From: Camelus dromedarius
Taxonomy: Eukaryota
Direction: 5' to 3'
DNA length: 64,000 nucleotides
Assembly: GCF_036321535.1 (NCBI RefSeq)
Contig: NC_087437.1
Location: forward strand, 102,302,001 to 102,366,000
Positions within the stretch are counted from its first letter, which is position 1; each line of letters opens with the position of its first letter. A program made the position numbers and the translations under genes. The notes under the pieces were generated by a model. It was given only the letters and a program-made list of their open reading frames with translations. It made no database searches and had not been told where the DNA came from. Below, piece by piece: positions 53,673 to 64,000 of the stretch.

Positions 53673-54717
53673 ACAAATCTTTGTCCTGAACAAGAAGGGC
53701 AGACAGGGGGGAAAAATTGTTACTCTGACTCCCAAGTAAGCAGTTAGGTGTCTTCTGAGTGATTTTTGTCTTTATTTCTATTCAGAATAAACTTCCGTGG
53801 CTCAATGCTTTTACTTATGTTTGTCTTTCTACTTTCTCCTGACTTAACATCCCAGCCCAGATCAGACACTATGATTTCTTTTTTAAGCTCTCCATACAGG
53901 AAAGTCTTATTTTAGTATGATCCATCAGAAATAGTGACATTCAGAATTTATTTCTCTTCTGTGCTGTACAGGTCAATTTCCCTACCTCTGTTAGAGCATC
54001 CATCAGTCTAAGCAGTAAAGCAAGATATCTCCAAGAATTTAAGAATGGAATTATGATAAAATCAACTTGCAGCAGTTGATCTAGCCATGGGTCAAGTATA
54101 CTTCCAAGCGATATTGCACCAATGGATGATTGAGCAGTTTTCCCTAATAAAGAGGTCAAGATCTATCTTCAGAAAGAGACTGCCTATATTGGCAAGTTCA
54201 AATCTACAGCAGAATCAGTGTCTAAGATGAAGAATGTTTCTACCAGGGACAAATGAATGTTTAGTAGAGAAAAATACGAGATTGAGACTAGGGTGAATGT
54301 GTAAGCATTCAGCATTGATCTTCCAGGGAAATAAATGGATTGAGGATTATAGTCTTTCTATCAAAAATATTCATATCCCCCCCCCTTTATCAGATATGTT
54401 GCCATCACTAGTGAATTTGGGTTCTGTTTTCATAGCTCTCTCACTAGAGAAGGCAGACTCAATCTCTCCATCTAGATATTTAAACACACATTATGTGCTC
54501 AAGAATTTCATTGAGTGAGTACATGTGCAATATTTTAACACAAACATATGTTGGTAGATTGATTATACATATCAGTTATACAGCTTTATTCAATAGAACA
54601 TTAGATCAGTTCTGTTCTCAAGTAGTGATTTTATAAGACTTATGAGAAAATCTGTGAGATTGCTTGACATTTTCTTTTACATTTTGCTCCTTTCTCACTT
54701 TGATTGTTACTGTGCAG

Positions 54718-54723
54718 TCCAAG
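54718..54723 (+). other. Candidate 6-nt cassette microexon (TCCAAG)
   Basis: 57-nt AG-free pyrimidine-rich tract, branch-like ctcac/ttgac, acceptor tgtgcag|, donor AAG|gtaagc. Confidence 0.4.
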
Positions 54724-55734
54724 GTAAGCCTTACGTAGGAGCAGAGCCTGGAATAATGACATTATTAGTCTTCTCTATTTCCAAGTTAAAGTGCACTGAA
54801 CCAGTCACTCATATTTCAAACACCAAGAAATAAGTCCTCTGGAGCTTTGGGGGCACCTTGTTATTCTTCCCTCCTTTGTTTTGTTTGCTTTTTGGTGTGT
54901 AATAATCCTTGACATGTGATTTTCCATTATTTTAAAACATGATGCATCAAACATGTCATGTCCCAGGTGGTCATGATTTAACATGGAACAGAGAAATATT
55001 CTCAGAAAACAAAATGAAAATCAAATCTAGCAGTTGCTAGGGAATGGAAGATGTCCACGCAATTACCCAGTGTAACAAAAATTAACTGTGTATATAGCTT
55101 TCCTGGCTTTTTTCTCTTCACTGCGTGAAGGGAAGTTTCATTTTCTCTTTGGGGGTCATCATTTTCATGAGCGTATTATGTACCAAATGTGAATACATCT
55201 AGTAGATGCAATAAAAGATGATGACATTCTGAATATATTCCCTGCATAGCCTAAGGATGCAATCCTGTAGCACTATATTCCATTATATGTGCACTGTTGT
55301 AAACAGAGAAGAAATAATATGGCCAGGATCAAAAGTATAAATTGTTGAAACTACCCCCCCCCCAAAAATAAGTGCTCAAAGATGATAAGAGTATTTCCTT
55401 TGGGTTTCAGTGACCAATGCTGGAAGATATTTCTTATAGTTTATTCTCGTAAAAGAACGAAAGAGGCACAGAAATACTGATGTTTAGTTATTTCAAATTG
55501 GAAATCTATAGACTTATATCACCATAAAAAGAATTATAAGCAACACTCTTTGCTTATAATTATAAGCAGCACTGAGAAGTAGCCATTTTACATCCCTGGA
55601 CAAGTGCAATTCAAGGAGGACAAAAGAGCAAATCCAATAATAGAGAGCATCACTAAAATCAGCATAAACAAACAAAACAGAATTTTGCACTGCTTTTGAA
55701 ATTTGTATTCACAAAAATTCCATTACTTACTTAC

Positions 55735-55869
55735 CTTTAATTTGCCCTGGCCTTCTGTTTTCCCATCCTGTTTACCTTTGTTATTCTTGTACATCCTTCA
55801 AATTCATATTTCTGTGTCCTTTTCTATACACTTTTTATTTCTATTTATGGATTACAAGGGATAGAATTA
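55735..55869 (-). other. Candidate 135-nt internal exon (non-coding or start-codon-containing)
   Basis: Acceptor (t)9aatttcag| and donor AAG|gtaagt on -; purine-rich body. Confidence 0.3.
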
Positions 55870-57829
55870 CTGAAATTAAAAAAAAAGTATGTGAAAGATA
55901 CAGATGCCTGATAACTCAGGAAAAGACAAATAGACAAATATGGAAAGAAGCCATGGAAGATAGGCAGACCAAATGCTCTTCTTCTATCTGTTTCTCTCTT
56001 TCTTCTCTTTCACGGTCCCCATCTCTTTCTCCATTTTGAACCTCTGTCTTTGAGTTTTCTTCTTTGCACGTGGTTCATTATGTGCTCATCAGACAAAGCA
56101 CATGCATGACCAACCTTAGCACCTCTCACTAGATGGATTAATTTCTTAGATTCTCAGGTCCCTTAAATACCATATGATTTGTCCAGTTTACCCGTTCAAC
56201 AAAAGCCACAAATCAAAGGTAGCGGATTGGGATATTGAGTGGCTGTCTTTGAGTAGAATTGATACCTCTTTATCAATTATAAAGCTGGGACAGAAGCACG
56301 CACAAAAAAGGTGGTTCTTTTGAAATAGCTGTAAGAAGATGTAGTATACACAGAAACCTATCACTGCTTTATTTTTTCTATACATTTGATTCTGTCACAA
56401 CTTATCCTTTTATATCTATTCAGTCAACACAGGAAATAATGACTTTATTTTATGCAAACCAAACATGAATTTCCCCATCCTCACATTTATTTGACACAGT
56501 TCAACTAAATTTAACAGAGATAGTTCGTCTTTAAGTTTACAAAGTTCTTGATATTGTTTTCAAAACACTTAGGATGTGCTTGCTCAAAAAGTGACTTTCA
56601 AAACAACTTTTTATTTTAAGTCACCATAAATCTTCCTCGTCAGGACAATCCTCAGATTTTCACATGTGGTTAGTGAGTTAGTATTTATTAAACATTTGAC
56701 TTCTTTATAGAATACACCCATCCTAAAGTAAGACTCTATCAGGTTGCTTGATTACTTTTTTCCTCTCCTCCCCACCCCTACCACTGCACAGGCATTTCTG
56801 ACTGATTTTCTGGTGATTTAGCTCCTGGAGCCAATAAAATTCAGCTGTTAGAAAGCTGTGTAGAGAACAGGGACATCTATATAAGAAATAACACATTATC
56901 TGGGAATTTGAACTAAATTAGCTTTACCTACATCCCAGGACTATAAAATGTAAATGTAGCCCAAAGTTATAAGACATTTAAAATAGCTAAACTTTTTTTC
57001 CTCTTGCATATGTGAGCATCAAAAGTTTTTAATACAATGCTTAACTCCTAGTTCTTTATGGACAAGCTGAAAGACATATTTTTATTATTAAACATAATAG
57101 CTAGTAAGAAGATCTCTCGTCTGTGATAACTGAAAAAGGTATTATGATTGATAACTTAAATCTACACAAAATATTAAATGTGTATTTATTAAGTATTAAA
57201 ATTTTAGTTTTTGTATTTACTTTAATAGATTCCTCTAATATATTCTTACAGCTTTTAATAATCAGCAAAATGGTAATGTTAGTTCTTCTTATGGATTACT
57301 ATAAAGCAATAACTTGGACTTCAAGTAAATAGAAAAAGAAATTACAAAGTAACTAGAGATTCTTCAAACTGTCCATGCATATTTTGCCATTTAAGAATTT
57401 TGTTTTCAAAGTTATTAGAATTTCTTGGTGGGGAGGAAATATCTAAGCTGCCATAGCAGTTTTTTTTTTTTTCCCAGAGTACTTTAAAAAAATTGAATGA
57501 AAGATTCTTTAAATTCTGTAGTGCTTTACAATTTTCAAAAGTTTCACACACATGATTTCATATACTCCCATAATTACCCTTTTTTATATCCAAAGAATTT
57601 TATTTATATCCTTCTTTGGAATACTTTAGAATTCTTCACATACTTATGAATTTACAGTTTATGTATTAAAAAAATTTCCACATTACAAAAAAGTAAAATA
57701 AATTAAAGTAAGTCTAATTCAACCCCGGATCTCACTCCAGTGATTTTTCTCTTCTAATTCACAATTACACTTCTTAGAAGCCTTCTCAGAAGTTGATGAT
57801 TGTGAAGTTTTACCACACATGTTGGTTAA

Positions 57830-58220
57830 GCTATTACAACCTGGCTTCTGCCTCCACCAATAAATTTTGTTCTTGTTCAGAACCTAAGTGCTAACCTTTT
57901 TGTGAAAGGTACATTTTTACGCCTTAGCTGTCTTGACTTTTCACTGTTGTATTCATTGAGAATTCATCTTAAATGTATTTCTTCCCTCCCCAGTGTCCAC
58001 TTTTGCTTTGCTGGAGTCTAACCCTCTGCCCACCCATTGAATTTGTTGTTTTGTCAGGATTCTGTCGTAGACTTTCTTCTGTTCTTCCTTGAACATTTGT
58101 ACCAGGAGATCTCCTTTATTCTCTTGACTTCAGTTACCATCTCTAGTGCCAATATCTCCCAAATAGATTACCAGCCCAGAACACCTTAAATTAACTCCAA
58201 GTCCGTATATCTATACCAGG
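57830..58220 (+). mobile_element. L2 fragment
   Basis: ctggcttctgcctccacca...tgacttcagttaccatctctagtgccaatatctcccaaat...cagcccaga. Confidence 0.6.
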
Positions 58221-58298
58221 CTTCAAAAAATTCCAAAATACCATAGAAATCAACTAAGTTCTTTATATGTTTCTTCTAATTCGTTTTACTAGTAATTC

Positions 58299-61200
58299 CT
58301 GTCTTAGGTAAGGATCGCTGACATGAAACTTTGCCTGTAAGAAATTTCAGAGAACGTCTCCTGTCCAAGAGTAAGGAAACACGGTTGGCAGAGAGAGGAG
58401 TTGAATTGTAATGCAGTTGTAATATAGGTTTAGTCAGTAACACAGTGAGCTCTGGACTGGAGCGGCCCTTCAGGGTTGTCCCAGATTGAAGCGAGGGAAT
58501 TGAGCATTTGTACTGTGGCACTCACCAGTCACTAGATGTGGGCTTATTTCTGAAGAAGAGTTAGAGATGCATCTTTTTTGGTCAAGAGTGATTCCTTAGG
58601 AAAGCCTCAGTTGTAAACCAGCAGCTGAGAGCATTCCTGGCAGCTGAATGAATGAGTGCCCCATTTCTGAAAGGTTATATGGGTGGCTCGAGTAAGAATC
58701 CATTATAGGCTGTAAACTTGCAACACATGATTCAACCTTAGCTAGGTATAGATTCCCAAAGATTCTTAATGGCTTCTTTTCTGGAGTAACTTAAAAGAGG
58801 AAGTTAAGAGGGAATAAATAAAACTCCCACTGATGCTATAATTCTCATGCCAACACTTAGCATTGCTCTTTCCTACCCAGTCTAGATTCCCCACACTCTA
58901 TTTTAGTATCTGTTAGCCTAAGTGGATTATAGAGTTGAGTGATTCAGAAATTCATCCCAGAGGTATCTGGGCTGATTTATTGTCAACATGTCCTTCTCAA
59001 ACTGTGGCTACTGCATTTGTCCATTTATAATCAAAGAGTAGCAAGAGATACCCCCAAATGATTGCCGAATGAATTTTTCCCTGTCCCCATATGTAACGTC
59101 AACTTTACCTCCTCCATGCTGTGTGATGACACTATTCTTTGACATCAAGAAATACAGTCACCAGGTGGCAGCCATAAATTAAAGTCTACTGGTACTCTTA
59201 CTTGGTTTCCTGGTCTAAGTGTTCTTCGGAAGCAACAAGGAACTTTAAACTCACAGAGCCTAACACTCTGAAGACAAGAAGCATGAATTCTCCATTTGGG
59301 GAATGACATTAAGTGAAATATTTCTTCTATTTTCATTCCTTGATTTCTGTATCAGCATTTTCTACCTACTGGGGACCTAGCACCATAAAATGATCATGGC
59401 TGTAGGATGTATGCTGTATCCTGGAATATGGAAGCATGAAACCCATCACTTTTGAGTATCAATTTCAAAATGGCATCTCAGTGGCAGCTTCAAAACTTGT
59501 TTCTTTACTCCCAAGAATAGCAGATTCTGGATGATATGGTTTGCCATGCAACAAGTAGATCCCATGGTCATGTGCTCCCTGACATGCTTATTTGCTCAAA
59601 ATTGGGCTGGGCTCCGTAGTCTGAAGCAATCTTATGTGGGATTACATTTCTGCAAATCTCTAAATTTTCTGCTGGCCAAAGCTCTGTAGGAAGGAAAGGC
59701 AAGCCCTTAGCTGAAGTATATATTGATCCCAATTAAGAAGAGTCACTGTCCTTTCAAGTTGGAAGTGGTACTATGTAATAAATGTGACAAGTTTTGGGGT
59801 TTCGGCACTATTCTACTGGATATTTGCACATCAGTCTTGGAGAGGGTCTGTGCTTTTGGGACCATGCATGGCCATAATCTCTGCCACGATGGCCCCTCTG
59901 TTGTGAGTCATTGTGCCTATAATCAATGACAGAAGTTTGCTGATGTCAAGTGATTATGCCATTCTGTCTACTTCGTGGGTTATGGCCTCTTTCATAGAGT
60001 ATGCTCTCCAGAGGCTAATTTGCATTTTAAAGAGTATCATACTTAGTGCTCACTGCCATAGTTCCATCCACATGCTACTTCTTGAAACTTCCTTATCTTT
60101 GATCTCCTCTCCCACTTTTTTTGAAAATGTATTTTCAGCTCCCTGGACAGCAGCAACAACAACAACAAAAAGCCATGCACTGTCGCTGGTGATGTCAGAG
60201 AACTAGAGAATGAAATGTTTGTGGAAATAATAGCTGATTCTGATCCTCACTCCTGACAGGGGTGGAAAAGAATGTATTAAAAAAATGATGCTAATTTGCT
60301 AAAATACTACATCTGGCATTGCAGAGGCACTTGAGGCAACCTCTTTTTAGAGTATTCCTTTGCCAGGACTCACCACTTTTGTCAGGCCAGGCTGGTTTAA
60401 TAGGGACATGTGAGAGCCCACTACCTCTGCATATTTTACGTCTTCAATAATCTCTGTGATTCTCCTCCCTCCCCAGATGCAACATTGCTTTTGAATTATG
60501 TTTTGGCTGGGCACGCAATTTGAGAGAACTTCATGTGACCTTCCTAATGAGGTATTTCTTACCCTGTATGCCAAGGAACTACTGTGGTGGTTTTTCTAAT
60601 TATCAAGTATGTTTATTCCAACTTTGAATTTGCTAAAATGACCCCAGGTGGTTTTATGTACCGGATGAACTCATGATGAATCAGATTTGGAAACAGGGTT
60701 CCATTTTTACTATTCAATGTATGATAATACTTTGTGGCTCATGTATCAATGCCAACTTCAATAGTTTTTGAAATGTCTGAATATTTAAATTCCCTCTATG
60801 TATGATTACCATCAAATTGGTATTAGGTGCATTTAGGGAAGAATTTCTCAGTACACTTGCTAAGGTGTTACAGCATCCTTCTTCAGGGGGACCTGACCTC
60901 TACTTCACTCAGTGAGTCGCTACTGTGAGTACTGTCTCAGGTCCAGAAACTGAGCAAATGATCATGGATTTTATTAGATCCTCTGCCCTCACTCTCCTAA
61001 TCATCCATCGTTGCTACACATTTTTTTTTTTATCCTGTATGTTGAGAAGTACTCTCATTGGCTGCTCCTCTCTCTTCCCTAAGAAAACTGTGGTACGCAC
61101 TATTTCCATAATCCCCTGCAGTTCAGGATTTCTGGCTGCCAATCTGACATTGATTGCTTAATTGTACTTCTGCTTTCTGCTTGTGTTTAAACAGCCATCT

Positions 61201-62715
61201 GACCTCTGTTATTTTTAGATTCTGTCATCCCTGTTGTTCCCTATCGCTGTTAAGGAGATTGATTCTGTAACAGCATCCCATATTGTTGTGTTCCAGAGAA
61301 GACAGCCACCACTGAGTGTCTCAACAAGACTACTGTTACCTTTACTAATAATAGTGTCTCCCAGGTTCTCCTGTAAAACAGTCAGCTGCTCAGTTTTCTG
61401 GCCTTATGCCTTATGTTGACTCTACAAGGGCTATGTTCTAGCAGTGTGCCTCCCTGTCTTGACACAGCCCTCTCAGAATCTAGTGCCTACACAATCTACT
61501 GGCTTCTCCCAGTACATGCTGCCTCAGTCCCTTTCTTCAACTAGAAGTGCCAACACTAATTCTGTTTGATCTTTGTTATAATCCAGTGGTCAGGATAGAA
61601 AGATTGGACAGATCCTGAGGAAAGGATGGGTTGCATTATCAAGGAGGAAGTCCCTACACCTTTCTATAAGCAAGGCTAAGCTTCCGAGTCATATTAGAGG
61701 AATGGGCCACTTCTCCAGGCCCCAGAGAGTTCTGGAAGATTTGGGTTTCATGGATCTCTAGCACATTGACTCAGAGGACCCTACTCAAACTCCTACAGAG
61801 TCTCTTGCTTTTCCAGTCTGAACCCCAAAGAGCAGAATTGCCAACCTGTCTTGGAATTACTGTATAACATTTATAACTAAATCCTGGGTCTGAATATTAA
61901 GTTTGTCTCCTTTGACTCCAAAAAATAAATGTCTTTGTAAAAGTGACCTTCTGACTTTCACAGCTACTGTGATTAATAATCTCAGCATTTCCTTATTTTT
62001 CTTTGACATATTGGTAACAGTTATAGCCAACTGATCCTACAGTCCTTATGGTCAACAGTTCCCAGCACAGCTTGCAAATGTCTGAGATGTTGTACTATTC
62101 AGTGCATTTCTTTCCATTAGGATCCCATCCGAATTACTCATTGTGAAACTGTGCCGATACTGTATGTAGGGTCTATCACCATTACGACACATACTACTAA
62201 TATGCTGGTCCTCGTTGCCAATTAGCTAGCAAGTGAATGATCCAGGTCCAAAAATCTTATTTTAAAATCTGCTTCCTAGGATAACTCCTGATCAACTATA
62301 TTAAGTCAGTTGGAAATAGAGAGTAGAGAAAAAAATGTACAGGCAGAAGGTTTATAAAAGTTGTCTTAGAAACAACACCTATAAAAGAATGAGGGAAGCA
62401 GAACTGGTAAATGGGAAAAGTTGAACAGTAAGAACAATGTAGTTGGAAAATAAGCCATAGAAGTTACCCTGGGACCTCTGAAGCCTCCCTAGACTTTCGG
62501 GGTTTCCTTCCTTGCGGGGAAGGGGCCTAACGTTTCCACCACTGCAGCAGCCAGTCACTGGATGTGGGCTACTACTCCCGGGGAACAAGGATACCTTGGA
62601 GAAAGGAGGCTCCTTCAGGGAGGGCAGTTCCTCCAGGCAACTCAGATGAGAGCCATCAACCATCAGTCCTCCCTGCGTCCTGAAGAGGAGGTTTTAGTTG
62701 CACATGCCAGCACTT
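58299..62715 (-). mobile_element. Ancient two-LTR ERVL-class provirus (LTR16/HERV16-like): 3' LTR ~58299-58707, internal ~58708-62296, 5' LTR ~62297-62715
   Basis: Both LTRs share ccagtcact(a/g)gatgtgggct and agttgaa; dUTPase-like RPGNQVRVPVDFNLWLPPG (ORF 59145-59336); RT N-terminus-like IQKQCCIWGG..ITEIIEDVKYAEVV (ORF 60347-60574); degenerate PBS at ~62283-62296. Confidence 0.8.
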
Positions 62716-62789
62716 GCCAATCATACACTCAGTGAATGGCATCCCCATCCCCACCCATGTCCCACTTCCTCAAGGTGAGAGGCATTCTT

Positions 62790-63945
62790 GGCTATTTCCA
62801 CAATATTCACACAGACAATGAAATCCCTGGAATTCTCCCTCTCAAATACCCCTTGAGGCAGTCCACCTCCTTTGCCATCCTCACTCCGTCTGTTCTAGTT
62901 AACAACTGTCATCATTTCCTACCTGGATACCCACCTGCACACCATCCTCCTATTTACCATCCCAACCTCAGCCGTGCCTCCTGTGAATTCATTAATGATT
63001 GGAGGTAGGGTGACATTTTAAAATCATTACTCCACTGATGAAGCAATGCAAAACTTTTACAGATACTTTACAATAAAGCCCAAATTTTATAAAATAGCTT
63101 TAAAAATCCCTTAGGATGTACCTGACTTATATTTTTAACCTCCTTGCAATATGCTAGACCTGCTGTAACAAAGAATCACAGATGGGATGTGTGTTTAATT
63201 TCTTTAAACAACAAAAATTTATTTTCTCACAGTTCTGGAGACTAGAAGTCCAAGATCAAGGGGTTGGCAGAGTTGATTTCTTTTAGGATCTCTCTTCTTG
63301 GTTTGTAAATGGTCTCCCTCCTCCTCTGTTTTCACACTGTTTTAGTGCCTATGTCTTAATCTCCTTTTCTTATAAGGACACTGGCTATATAGGATTAGGA
63401 CCCACCCCCAATGAGCTCATTAAACCTTAGTTACCTCTGTAAAGACACTATCTCCACATTCAGTCACGTTCTGAGTTACTAGGGGTTAGCACTTCAGCAT
63501 ACAAATTTATAGGGGATACAATTCAATCCATAACACACGCCACCTTTAAAACCTGATGAAACACATTACTTCTCCAAATGTGCCTCACTTTTACTTAATT
63601 TAAGCTTGTCTCTATACTATTTCCTGGTTTTAACTCTCCTTCTCTGTTCCTTCAGGTTTAAGATCGAATGTCATTCTCACTTAAAACCCTTTCTTTGTAT
63701 CTGTATAATTGAATTAAGTGTCTTTTCCTTGAATTCCAATTGTATTCTTTTCATTCACACCGTAGCATTTTATCAGATGTTGTTTTAATTGTGTACTTAC
63801 TCATTTATTTCCCCCATTAGATTAAAACTCCAAAAGGAAAGAAATATTCTCTTGTTTGCTATTATGTCCCCAGGATCCAGCACAGTATCTAGCATAGATT
63901 AGAATCACTGTATTTTTTTTCTTACATTATTAATTACTTGAAAAG
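62790..63945 (+). mobile_element. L2 fragment split by an MLT1 LTR
   Basis: ctgtcatcatttcctacctgga...ccccattagattaaaactcc...tccccaggatccagcacagtatctagcatag. Confidence 0.7.
63146..63535 (-). mobile_element. MLT1A/B MaLR solo LTR
   Basis: ctgctgtaacaaag...tctcacagttctggagactagaagtccaagatcaagg...caattcaatccataaca. Confidence 0.9.
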
Positions 63946-64000
63946 GGCAGAGTGTGTTTTATTCAACGTTGTTTCTACCTCAACATCCTGAAACTTAGTT

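Noticed and set aside
1..64000. ORF-track entries as host genes
   Set aside because: All are 145 aa or shorter, many start at non-ATG codons, and none resembles a cellular protein; the recognisable ones are decayed ERV or L1 frames.

Overview
AT-rich, CpG-depleted mammalian genomic DNA, most likely camelid (inferred from a tRNA-Ala-derived Vic-1-like SINE and young L1 3' ends). No intact protein-coding gene is visible. The ORF-track entries are chance ORFs or decayed retroelement frames. Much of the window is transposon-derived: two ancient class-III (ERVL-type) proviral remnants (1-5447, 58299-62715), about 20 solo LTRs, L1/L2/MIR fragments, small DNA transposons and an old U6 retrocopy. The most notable signals not explained by repeats are a candidate 6-nt microexon on + (54718-54723) and a candidate 135-nt exon on - (55735-55869), both in a ~4 kb stretch with no recognisable repeats; a 98-bp unique-sequence direct repeat 1943 bp apart; an L1 whose extreme 5' end is fused to mid-ORF2; and a twin-primed, 5'-inverted L1. 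I found no convincing novel biological system. Family names come from remembered consensus sequences, and boundaries of old repeats are approximate.
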